DNA of 53,950 nt, counting the filler, from Perkinsus olseni (Eukaryota): NCBI GenBank assembly GCA_013115125.1. It is 3 parts of 3 records of this genome, joined end to end, with 100 filler letters (N's around TTAATTAATTAA, not from the genome) between each part and the next. Parts side by side here need not be neighbours in the genome. Positions count along the whole stretch, not along the records: positions 1 to 17,941 come from JABANN010000627.1; 2 more parts are not named here. One strand, written 5' to 3'. Below, piece by piece: positions 1 to 12,300 of the stretch (position 1 is its first letter; each line of letters starts with the position of its first letter). The position numbers were made by a program, and so were the translations under genes. The notes beneath the pieces are model-generated. The model was not told where the DNA came from. It did not search any database and saw only the letters and a list, made by a program, of their open reading frames with translations.

Positions 1-212
1 TCAGTAGAAGGTATCTGCATCAGATCCGGGAGTGTTACGTTATTGAGTCATCATGGTTGCCAACAACAGTACAACCCGTAAACTTTCCATCACGGGACCT
101 CTCTTCCTCTTGTACCCTATGCCGCGCACTGTGTGGCGTACAGTAGTGTTGGCGGTGCCTCATACAGAAGATGCGCTTGAGCAGTTCATTTTTTGAAGAT
201 CGAATCAGCAAA

Positions 213-1063
213 ATGTTGGGAAAGCAGCTCCTCATTGCCGCGTATGTCCCCTATGCCCTCGCTAGAGTAAGCACAACCCCCCTGCGGTGATTCACCTCGA
301 CACGTATCTGTGATTGAATCACCCAGGAGTAGTCAGACTTCTGTCCAAATTCGCGCCGGTTGACCCTGAAGGGTCATATCCCGTTATTCCCTCTTTCAGG
401 ATTTCCCCGATAGACGCGGCCTAAAACTGGCCCCCAAGCGCGACGGCGTTTACTGCTTCTTCGAGGACAGCAATTTTTTCAGTCCCTGGCCCGTAAGAGC
501 ATTGGACTTTGTAGTTAACGAGTCGGCACCCATATATACCGACGAAATCAAGTGTCGCAGGACTTCGTTCCGGGGGGAGTTGACCAGCAATTTGTAAGTT
601 AACGTTATCGATCGTATCACTTTATTCAAATTGCTGTTGCTCTCTCCCCTGTAGTCACACACCAAGAGGTCTTCTAAGGGCCTATGATGTCCCGGGAATG
701 TGCTACTGGTTTGATGCCCCTCCTCCGGATAACACCGGTTTAGACCCGCTCTCAGTAATTCCAAGGGCCGATTATTCCGACAAACTGAGTTCCCTGCTGT
801 CGGACGCCCGTAAGTTGGAAATCCCGCCAACGGATAAGCCGATTCATGAGGACTGGTTTATTTGGAATAACCACGATGATGTACTTCACAAGATGGAAGA
901 TGTATGCGAGGCCGTGGCAGTAGCCATACTAAAAAAATACAACTCGTTCGAAGCTTTATGTCACGTCACTCACACAATCTCCGAGGAAGCAAAGGCAGCG
1001 GCCGAGAGGAATGATTGGAATATCACAAAGATGGAATACCTGACAGTTTTACAGCCGAAATGA
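213..1063 (+). CDS. Unknown secreted-type family protein, copy A (3 exons: ~213-266, 400-594, 655-1063)
   Basis: The ATG MLGKQLLIAAYVPYALAR exon ends at a gtaag donor. GT-AG introns keep the frame (DFPDRRGLK...; HTPRGLLRAYDVPGMCYWFDAPPPDNTGLDPL...). The PPxNTGLDPL and C-terminal LC motifs are shared with the copies at 24-35 kb. Confidence 0.7.
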
Positions 1064-3388
1064 GGTTGTGGGTGGATTATGCACACAGCCCTCTGCGAGA
1101 AAAGGGCTGGTCGTTTATATTTCTGTGTGCCCGAAAAGACACTTTTTCATCTTTTCGTGTGAAAACGAGAAAATGATTGTTTATCTTTATCTTCGTGTGT
1201 GTGCAAAAGAAGAAAGACTTCTTCTTGACTTATGCTGTTGAATTCTCATTTTTGTGTGTGCAAGACCAGTTAAGTGATGTATCTGTTGTGTCTACGAGAT
1301 GCAGTGGTGTTTGCATTCCAGTATCTAGCGACTGAGCCGCCCTGATTTATAGCCTAGTTGCGGGTCGATTCCGTTCAGGCCTACAGAATGGTAGCACATT
1401 TTTCGGCAAAGTTGATGACTCGAACTTCAAGTCATCAATTCTGTGGGCGACGCGCACGAAGGTGCTCGTGCGTGTGTCCTCCGCACTCTGGGATGGACTT
1501 TGCCGTTGTTTACAGTAGATCTTCGTATCCTCTTTTACTCAAAATCACCCATACCTAGATGTACGCGTGCGGCACGCGGCGTGCCCTATCATCCATCAGC
1601 ACGTGCAATTGCAGATCCACGAGTGTCCAAGTTGGATTCGATAGTTAACGAAGCTGTCATCAGGATACGACTCGTATGCTGATGACAGCTTGAATCCGGG
1701 AAAAGTGGTCAATCTGTTAACTGGAACGAGCTGTAGCTATAACATTCTGGTCTTCACCTTTCTCGGCAGGGAAAAGGAAATGGAACATTTGGAAAACTTA
1801 ATAGCGTGCGTCAAACTGTGTATAGCGTGCAAAGGATGACCTCGCAGAGGTCCGTCGGAGGTGCTAGTCTAACGAAGCCGTACTGTCGGTGTGGGACTTT
1901 GAGCTCAGACACACAAGCCCAAAGGCTGTAAGCTACAGCCTGTAGCGAACTGAAGCTAATTCACGCTCGGCCACTCCATATCGACTGAAAGATCCCAGCC
2001 AGACTCTCAGTCATTACACCCTCGTGTAGCGCTCACTGGTAGCCCACGAAAGCTCGGAGTCTACGAGCCTGACTGTCGGAGGCATGCGACGAGCTAGGTC
2101 TCCTCACGGAAAGGTGCGGCTCTTGGCCTCTGCTCCGAGAGGCCTTGGCAAGGGCCGTACACAGCCAGTGGCAGTCTGCCACAGAGCCACTGTTTATTAC
2201 GCAGTGTGTAAGGTGCGGTTATACAGGATCTACGGGAGGAGAGGTTTAGTTTAACCCGTGAGCAAAAGGATCATCTAACCCGCTTAGATGAGTCTTTCTC
2301 TCGCGAGCGGTGATGAGGTGCACATAAGGCTTCGAAAACCCAGTCACCAACCGCTCAGCGCGTCTTAGCCCATTCGACCCGAATGGTCTAAAAAAAAGAT
2401 TCCGTGTCCAACAGACGGAAATGCTGTCAGTTTTGTGTAACAAATGTACAATAGGGGTTGTTGCCTTCAGTATGTCACCTTCACAGGACCGATCATTGCA
2501 ACACAAAAGTGCATGCCGGTCTTCAGCAAGGCTCTGCAAAAATTGGCCTCGTAATGTTAGCCCGGTTGCACATGATTGAATCATGTGATTCAATAACCTC
2601 GAGTGCGAACAGTCTTCTGGCTCAACCCAATGACTCAATGTGATTCTCGCATGCCACTTGACTGCCTCTCGGAGAGTGAGAGATGTCTGGCCGTCTTTTG
2701 GAGTCCCCGAGAGTCTCGGGCCGAGACAGGTTAGGGAACCTCCGCAAGCCGAATCCAGTTGTCGAGGATCTCAAGTCGGATCCTTGATTCGTGTCGTCTA
2801 GGTGCATACTACTATAATGCTTGGTGCAACGCGAACTCAACCACGAATACAGATGTGTCATTATTTCGTGCTAGAGTCGAACCTGCGCCCTATATCCGCT
2901 TCTCCATGGATGCTAACGAGCTAGACTGAACTCGACAACAAAACACACCGATCTACAGCTTACTGCGGTCTTCATAACCACCACAATGCAAGCCGGATGC
3001 TCCACTGTTGTTCGTTCTAGTGAGATGTCATTGAGCGATGTAACAGTTGTATCTTCAATAGCTGTTAGTCGAGGGTCCACCGCTAGCGTAATCGCAGTAT
3101 GACCGAGTCGTTCTTTCCACAGGCAGTCTCTTGCTTTACCGAGTTTCCAGCGAAACTATGGCAAACACAATACGCTGTTCAACCTTAACACTTCATGGTC
3201 TAAATACGTGCACTCGCATGCAAGGCAACTTTGGAATGAAGCATGCGAGGTACTCTGAACAAGGACAGTGAACAAAGTGACCATCCGGCTGAAGAACGGA
3301 CAGCCAAAATAAGCCGCGCCTGATTACGGCAACGGAAAATGCGCCCGGACATTGCGGTAGTGGCGTGAGAACTTGATGATGGCCTCCG

Positions 3389-6300
3389 TCAGACCGTAAC
3401 GGCGCCCATCGCAAAGGCATTGAATATCCTCTCCAGAGTGGTCTGGGATACCTGAGATCGGCGAGGAGAGAAGGGAAAAGCTCTTGTGCGGCACAGGTTC
3501 CTAATGCGACTCGACTCTTTCAAAAGTCTAAGCCGGGGATCTCCAGGAGCCCGCGGTAACAGTCTAGTGCGGGACTTGTCAAAAAAGGGATATCTATCCG
3601 TCCTCTTGACAAGTGGAGATATATTCCTTGCGGTCCCTTTCCCCACGAACCTGGAAATCGCTGAACTGAAGCTGCTCTTGCGCGTCGAGGAAAATGCCGA
3701 AAATCTCGCCTGAAAAATAACCTTTAAGACTCAAGTGACGGCTGAACCTTAGCTCACCAATCTTCTTCGGGGCATTCTCTTCGCCACCACTACCGCCAAC
3801 CCCCTCCGGCACTATAGCGTACTTCACATTCGTACCTGAGATTAGATCAACTCTGTCTACATCACCAAGGCGTATCATCGAAGCTCACCATGACGCTCGA
3901 GCAGGACGGCAGAGTTGATCCCGGAGGCTGTAAGGAACGCTTCCAGCTTCATCAACTTCTCATCAAGATCGACCCAGGCAATGAGGTCCGAGATAAGAAT
4001 AGCCGTACTAAAACGTGGAGGACCTTGAACACTTGTAATTCCTCAACGCTCACCTCCCCTGCTCGTCAGCTGCCCTGAGTACTGCCCCGGGCAGGCAGCT
4101 TGCTCGGTTCAGACGATCAGGGACCTGCCCAAGCATCGCACAAGCATTCAGTCCAGCCCGCATTCATCCATACTAGGACGGAAGACCACAACTTCTAGGC
4201 TCTTGAGAGCAGCGGCCTCGAATCAACAGTAACGTTCGTGACCTCCAGGCAGGAGTGCCTCCCCTGTGCCATTCCCAAGGTTGAGCTTATGCGCGCACGG
4301 TAGACCGGCACATTGTATTTCACTCAGACATACGGGAAGTGCGAGCGCTGCAACCGCGCCACAGCCTACCTTATCGAGTATCGCCTTGGCATCCTCTAAA
4401 GTAAGGCAGAGCTGAGCCGAGCCCGCACTGGCAGGTCCGATGCCCATAGTATCTGAGTAAAGGTCGCTGCAGCCAACGAATGAGAATTAACAGCGATTTT
4501 TCGTTCAACTGTAGTGACTATGAGGCAAAGATACTTGCAAAAACACCACTCCAACCATCAGCTAGCATTTCCCTGACTCTCCTAGATCTCGACATCGACC
4601 AGTACCACCAATATTAGCAAGATCTCTATGCCTTGTTGTGTGACAAGTTACGCCATTTCACCTCAGTCGGGCAAACATCTGCTATGAATCACCAGCATTT
4701 TGACCATTCCCGCAAGAAAATCCTGGCAAGCGATCGCTATCCGCGGGTTCTACGAGAGATCACGTCGCCCTCCCCCAAACCAATTAGCGACAGAAACAAC
4801 GAGTCGCCTGGCATGAACTTTTCGCTGTACCATTGACTTGGAAACTTGCGAAGACTTGTAGCAGAATGCCAGTCGTGGGCTGAGCTGCACTAGACATTCC
4901 CAGGGTTCGCTCTATTACTAAGTTGGTGTGGGACACTTGGCCGCCGCCGCCGCCGCAAGCGACTCGATTCCCCAGACTCACTTAGCAGCTCCTCAGCCGC
5001 GTGCTCCGTCACAGGGTCGTACCTCAAGCTGACCTCGTAACCCCTGCCGAATCGACTCTTCAGTCGCTGAGGTGACCCAAGACACCTAAATTGCCCATCG
5101 ACCTGACAAGTGGAAGTCCTGTGGCTTGCCCAAATCCCGGAGGCACGCGCATGCCTAGTACAAAGACTGAGAAAAGTAGCGACAGAGCTCACTTGAATGG
5201 CAATCCGGGAGCACAGAGCCTCTGCTTCCTCCATAGAATGCGTGGTCAGTACGACGACACTTCGCCGACTGACAGCCAGCTGCTGTATCACGCCCCAAAG
5301 GAATCTTCGGGACACGGGATCCATGCCGGTGCTCGGTTCATCGAGAAAGACAATACGAGGACGACCGATCTGAGTTAGGATGAGGATGGTAAGCTGATCA
5401 TACAACTTCCATCCTGAACGACCGCGAGGCTTCCCTAACATTAAAGTGGCCGAGTCGGTCACCAAGTTCGGGTACAGTACGAGCAACCTAAAGGTTGCGC
5501 AACAGGCCAGTGAGTTAACTTCTTTAATTTGAGGCCCAAATTATGAAAGAAGTCTCGCAGTATTTCCTCCGGGCGCGCGCTTAAAACTTGATCCATTTTC
5601 ACCAGACTACATTTCGCATGTGCCAGACTGCACAGTATGTTACACTCGAGTCCTCCAAGAGCAACGCAATCGAGGCTAGATCAGGTACGAGGGCGCAAAA
5701 TAGAACATCACGAAACAGTGACTTCAATTAAGATCGGTAGACGAGGCTTACGGTGGCCATTCCGACGGACAGTTTCCTCTTATTGCCACCACTGAGGCTC
5801 CCAGCCCGCTTGTCCTTATATCTGTGATAAAAACGCTGCCCGTGGGATTCGAACCTGTGCCTCCCACGGTTCCAATGAGAGCTGCTTCAAAGTGCTCTCC
5901 ACCGAAGCGTCAAGTAGGTGGCCCTTCAAACCCTTCAGACGGCCATAGAGCTCCAGATGCTCCTTCGTTGTCATTCGATCGAGAAGCGCATCGAACTGGG
6001 GACAGTAACCAAGATTCCTCCGGCACTTGGCCGTCTGAAAAGCAACCAAACCCTGCAGTATGGACAGCCCCATGGGTTATAGATAAGATCTCTCATCTTG
6101 CTGTGCGTTGATTACGCATTAGCCTTTTGTATTAGCTACACACACATAGTGAGACACTTGCCCGTACCATTCCTTTGGCGGTAGTGGTTACAAGACTAGG
6201 GCTTTGTCCACAGAAACCATACCCTCTTACATCAGCGGCAACAGTCGAGCCCGCCACCCAGACCTCGCCCTCTGTTGGCGCATATAGGCCGCACATCATC

Positions 6301-9300
6301 TTGAACCTGACGAATACTATTCAGTATAAGCATGCCTCACACCCTACTGGGATGGCCCAGCGTCCAGCCAGTTCTCGAAAATCTACTTCCACAATTCACT
6401 TTCAAGTAGTTCAGAATTTGGGATTAATTTTAGCACCTCGATCGCGTTAAGGTCGGCACCCGATGGCGAATTAGTATTCCGCCAGCGTCAATTTAGACGT
6501 CCGACCAACAACCACGAGCCAGTGCACGTCCATCACTTACGTCGTAGTCTTGCCTGCACCGTTGATCCCCAACAGTCCGAATACTTGACCAGAATCAGCA
6601 GCGAACGAGACGCCCTTCACTGCATGAACAGCTCTAGAAGGGTCGGCAGTCAGGGAGCCTCGGGGAAGGTAACTGCGCAAAAACTCGCGGTTAGCGCGGG
6701 ATACAAGAGCACCAAAATGCACGAAAGTCGCGAAATGCGTAGACAGTTGTGCTGGGCAAAGCTCCTAGGCGAGAGTAACTGCAGGCGATACTCATAGTCA
6801 ATCTACCGACCAGAACGGTCCCGGCCGCCAAGCAATGCAACCGCAGGCCGGCCGCAATACTTAACAGACTCAACTGTCTTCAGACCGGCAGATTCGATGG
6901 AGGTTCATACGAATCACCTGGTGAAGACAGCCGGTGGCCGACATCGAGAGGTGGGATATTACCGAGCAGAAAAAAAAGAGAAAAATCGGACTAGACTTTG
7001 GAAAAGTCAAAAACTTACCGCACTTACCATTTTCGAACGTTGTCAACGGCCAGAATTTGCTTGCGCTTGTCCAGCCCCGCGACTCTCTCTTTCTCTACCG
7101 TAACATCCGCATCTTCTGGCGCCAACTGGTCCTCAGGAATTGAACTGGAACGAGCAGGAACATCTCAGGTCCATTGAGGAAGAGCGAGATTGCAAGATGT
7201 TCATCAGACCACACCGCGTGAAATAAGAGCCTGATTCCAGCTGGTCTACGCTTACCACTGCCTTTCCAGTTTGACTTTATACGACAGCCAGTGGCCTGCG
7301 GTACCCAAATAATCAAACCAAATACAGAGTGCGAGGAATGCAACGCTGGCGAATGCGAGGTAGACCAGGTCGTCGGCTACTCCCCCATAGCACAGCTCTC
7401 GAGTGCCCAACACCTTTTCAGTGCATGTACCTAGAGCGAACCTGGACTTGCATGCAATGAACGCCTTAATGACGCCTTCCGTATCGCATGCAGAGGACAG
7501 GGTAATCTTCTAAATATTAACGATAATCGTCTTGAATATGACAGCTGGGTTTACGATCGTTTACGCTGGTACAGACGAACTGGAACTTACCGAAAATTTC
7601 CGAGCCCCAAGGATCCACGCCCAAGAAGGAGACGTAGATGGCCATCCGGTAGAAACCGAACCCGAGGGCGAATGACGGAACGAAGCGGAAGATCCACATG
7701 AGAATATTTCCAGCAACCTGAACAGAAGCTTTTCGCGAATAATCGAGATGCTGTGTCGTATAGCGTCCCGGTTCCTCGTATCAGAGACCTTTCCTGATAT
7801 ACGTTTGAGGTTTAGAGTCGGGTTGCGTTAGTTTGCCAGAACTGATGACACATTGTAGCGAATCTCTACGCTTAATTTGCCCATTTTCAGTAAGCCACTA
7901 TTTTCAAAGGAGGCGAACCCTACCACGGTCGACAATTATCGAGGAAGATAATCGTGTAGCGAAGAGTCCACATCTGAGTCGTCTCCCAGTTTGGGGCGGT
8001 TCTCTCTCACCAGGCAGTCTTCGCAGAATTCCTCGGGTATAGTCTGCAGCACCGATACGACTATGACGACGATCGTCCCGACGGCGATGTTCAGCACGAT
8101 GGTAACCGTCTGGGCCGAAAACTGCGTCTTGTACAGGAAGGAGATCAGATAGGCGTACCTGAACGAGCCATCGAGAGGTCCCGGGTTCGAATCCCGCTGG
8201 CAGCTTCTTACGTTGAGGCCGATGGGGCGAACAACAGCAGTAACATGATGGTTGGACCGATCTTATCAGACTCCGTAAATGCCTCCATATCAAAGGCATA
8301 GAGAACTGCTATTGCGACCGCTACGGTGAGGAGGTTGAATACCGTATCGAAGATGAAGTGGGCCAGCCAGTACGCGGTCATGGAGCACCTGAGAGAATCT
8401 CATTTCAGCCCCTGCACGCGAATAAAGTTCATTCTTGCAAGCTGGGATGGATGACGGAATTATCGTCTATATGCTTCCGTATTGACCAGTAGCCATGAGC
8501 TGTTCATGTGCGTTGTTCGTATAGTCTATTGCCATACCACACCACATTAGACAGTGTTCAGAATATCACACGAGCACAGTTGCCCCGCGTATTCCTATGC
8601 TATGAACAGCTGGATACTGCCATTGTGTCGTCGCGGAAGGATCCCAAGACGCGCCCTAGCCTACCCAGAGATTGCCAACTGTGCTTTCACGTCCTTCTCC
8701 TTCTCCATCACAATGTAACTGCATATACCAGCCGGAATGAAGGCGAAGGCCCAAATAACGGCCTGAGACGCGACACAAATGTTGTGACCAAATCGCTAAA
8801 AAATTCGAACTCAGAGGGTATATCCTGCGCAGATTATGAGCATATTCACTGGAGTCTCGTGGGAGAATAATATCGCGGAAAGACGAGAGGTTGGGAGAAA
8901 CCGATCTTCTGAGTACAGACCCCCATAAGATCCAATGATATCTCGTGATATCGTATAACCTTCGAAATATCGGAATGGTCGACGCTGGCCGGCTTGGCAG
9001 GTATCAAATACTCGGAATATGTCGAGATGTCGTTGACGATTTTAGAGCACTATACGCTGTACCAAGAATTTATGGCTCCGTGACTATACCATTAGGCTCT
9101 TCGGGCAATTCTGCTGCATTTTTTCGTACTGCAAATGAGCTGCAGAATAGAGAGTCCACCGCGCCACGAAAATAACGAGCAATAGCGAGGCTTACTATTG
9201 TGGAGAGTATGCCAGATACCACCACTGAGATGTTCTGCTCAAACAGAGTCTGAGGCAACGGGTGATTCACGACGGTAACCTGAGACAAGAAAATACTGCA

Positions 9301-12300
9301 CACTCAATTGCTCAATCTATACAATGACGAATGACGGGGACGACGCTCGCTCGACTTGACGTTGTTAAGGCAATGCTATTCGCTTTAAAATTTATTCAAG
9401 CAACCCGTGGGATTCGAACCCGCGACCTCCTCACCCTGACGTCCGTTCCGTGAGCAGCAAACCATGCGTTGACATACGTGTTCAACGCGATAGCCGAAGA
9501 CGCGGTTGCCGTGAGATTGTGCCAAAGCACCACTCGACTAGCTGGGTCGTCCGCCTCCCTTTGGAGCTCAGTAGCGTTATTTAGGTGCGAGAAAGCGATG
9601 TAGGATGACGCCTAACAAAACGACGAGGCATTGACATGACTAGCTGCCACAGAGCGGGCCGCGGCTCGAACTACCCGAACTACAGTATAACTACACTGTG
9701 CAAATTTTCTCAAAGTACTCTCCTGGTGACAGGACGTCTGTCGGAATCGAGAAGTGTATTCACAACACTTCCACGACGCTCATCCGAGGCCCATCAGAGA
9801 TCGGTAGCGAGAAGAGCGATCACTAGTCCAGCGTTATTGAAACGGGGAGGATGAGATAAGACTCCCCCATCATAGAGATATAAGCAGCAGTTAACAGTCT
9901 AACATGAAACGAGAGGCGCCAATACGCCGGAGGGCATTCTCGAAGGACACCCTCCACTACGGCAGCACGATGAATCAGCCTTATCGTTTCTGCTCCGCCT
10001 CACCTCATAGTCTTCCCGAGACTCTCGTAAGTGGGACTGCATAGCCAGCAGATCACTGCTCTGATTGGGTGGAGTCGCCACTGTCCGAAGCGTGTCGCAG
10101 TGATCGTCGGCATTGGCGCACAGAGGTGACCAGAAAGGACCTGCGAGCAGGCTCCTTGCAACCGGTCATTCCCTAGCGCAGCACACCGTCCGAGTCTCCG
10201 AGCCCCAGAATACTACCAACGTCCGTGTCGCCTCCCGCATGGGTGATATGCCAGGGACGAGGCGAGCCAGCTTTCTGAAGCGGCTCGTTAAGATCGGCGA
10301 TGCTTATCGCCAACGGTGGAGCCACCTGATGTGAGGGGCAAGCTTATAAGTTTTCATGTTTACAGATGCTCTCAAGAGCCGTCCTGCTCCACTTTGAGTG
10401 ACGACAATTCCGTGGAGAGTTCGATACTCGGACTGCCAGCGATTCATGGAAGATGCGTAAAATAGGAGACGAGTATTCATATTGTTTCTATTTAGCTTAC
10501 TCTTTCACTCGCTCCCTGCTTGACTAAAGCCAGGGCGCCCGCCAAGAGGATCAGTGGCAGAAGAAGCTGGCATATGAACATCTTCCTATCACGCAGGCCG
10601 AAGCGTATCCTGAGTACATGGATCATGAATGCACGTGCGAAGTCGGGACGATATGACCTTCTCTGAATCAAGGCCATCGTTTGCTCTCTTGTTGTCGCTG
10701 GTTCGATTATGGGCTCGTCCTTCTCCCCGATATGCACAACCGTCTCCGGTATCCTCGCGTCTTGGTCATCAGCCTGGTTAGCTGAATCATTATCGACCGA
10801 GTCCAGGGGAACTACGGCTCTGAGAGATGGATTCCTGAGGGACTCTAAATTGATAAATAAATTGCCAGAAGCTGAGGTGCATAAATTCCGATGCCGGAAC
10901 TCGAACCCGGGTCGTCTGGGTGAAAGCCAGATATCCTAACCAGCTAGACTACATCGGACGATGCCCGTGAAATTCTAGATCAGAGCCAAACACTCTCCGG
11001 TAATTCGTTACCCTGAACCGGCTGTAGCCCCCTCCGATCGTTCCTCTGCACCTGGATCTGCAACCCGTAGAAAGACTTCTTCCAGGTTAGTCACCGACAC
11101 GCCGTAGGCCACCAACTGAATGGAAAACACACTTCGCTGAAGCTGCACTGAAGCTCAGGAGATTCAGCGACTCCGGTTCGGCAGAGAGGCAAGCTGCACG
11201 AAAATATGCATGCCGCGAAAGAGTCTCGAAGACCTCGCGGCAAACTGCAGGACTGAGCAACATCAATAGTTTGCTAGCCGGAAGCCTCGCTTCAGTCGAT
11301 CCCCAATGAGCGACCCCCCGTTCAACAATTCTGAAATTCAGAATCGATACCGAAATTGATCTTCACACGTAAAATGCGGTTCAAGCATCGATTCGGAGCT
11401 CAAAATTGGGTCGTTGAACGACATCTCAGTCACACCCTAGCTCACCAGCCCCTTCAAGGTGTCGCTCTTGCCAGCAATCTCGGCGTCAAGATCGTCCATG
11501 AGAGCCGGGAAGTCCTTAGCAGCCGCAAATGGCACTTGCACCAGCAGCTCCTGTCCCGCAGATGAGAGAACCTTAACCTGAGGGGGTCCATTGCGATTCG
11601 GGCTCCACTTCCGCACTTGCACGATGGCGAAGCAGACTTTAGCGAGAATTGCGAGAATGGAGTCCTGTGGATCATGAGCACGCAATCAAAGCTACCCTCA
11701 GATTTCGATCTCGTCGAATTCATAAGAATCCGGAGCTGGCAAAGCGCCAGTGGCGCTTTTGGTGGCACCAACCGTACGGCATAAGATCGCACCGCCCCAC
11801 CTGTCCGATGAGGCTCTTATCGGTGATGCGGTCCTTGAGGAACTCGAGCACCGTAGCATCGCCGCGATCTACGTCCTGCTTTTTCACAAAACTCAGGACA
11901 TATCCGCATCCGTAACACTTCTTCAAAAAACTGGATGAGCCCAGGCACTTGAGCTCTCCCCGACCCATTATAGCTATCCTGTCTCCTAGCACATCAGCCT
12001 CGTCCATGTAGTGAGTGGTGAGGCAAATGATCCGCCCTGGACGCCGTGCCTTCAGGAGATCCCAGGTGGTTCGACGGGCGTAAGGATCCATGCCAGAAGT
12101 GGGTTCGTCGAGGATAACCAGTTTCGGGTCCCCGACGAAGGCGATTGCCACCGAAAGTTTCCTCTGCATGCCGCCACTGAGGCTGTCGGATCGGAACTCC
12201 TTCCTCCCGCCGAGACCAACTTCCAGCAGAAGGTGATCGCAAGATTCTCTGAACGTCTTCGAGCTTCGATTGAGACCCCGAATGCCTCCGAAACACTCGA

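Noticed and set aside
2870-2892. GCGCAGGTTCGACTCTAGC T-loop-like string on the minus strand
   Set aside because: No T-stem pairing and no tRNA-like 3' end, so too weak to count as a tRNA fragment.
1100-3380. Possible decayed retroelement, and degenerate TTT..GTGTG repeats at 1115-1265
   Set aside because: Only short ORFs, with no convincing RT, RNase H or integrase motif set. Left unannotated.
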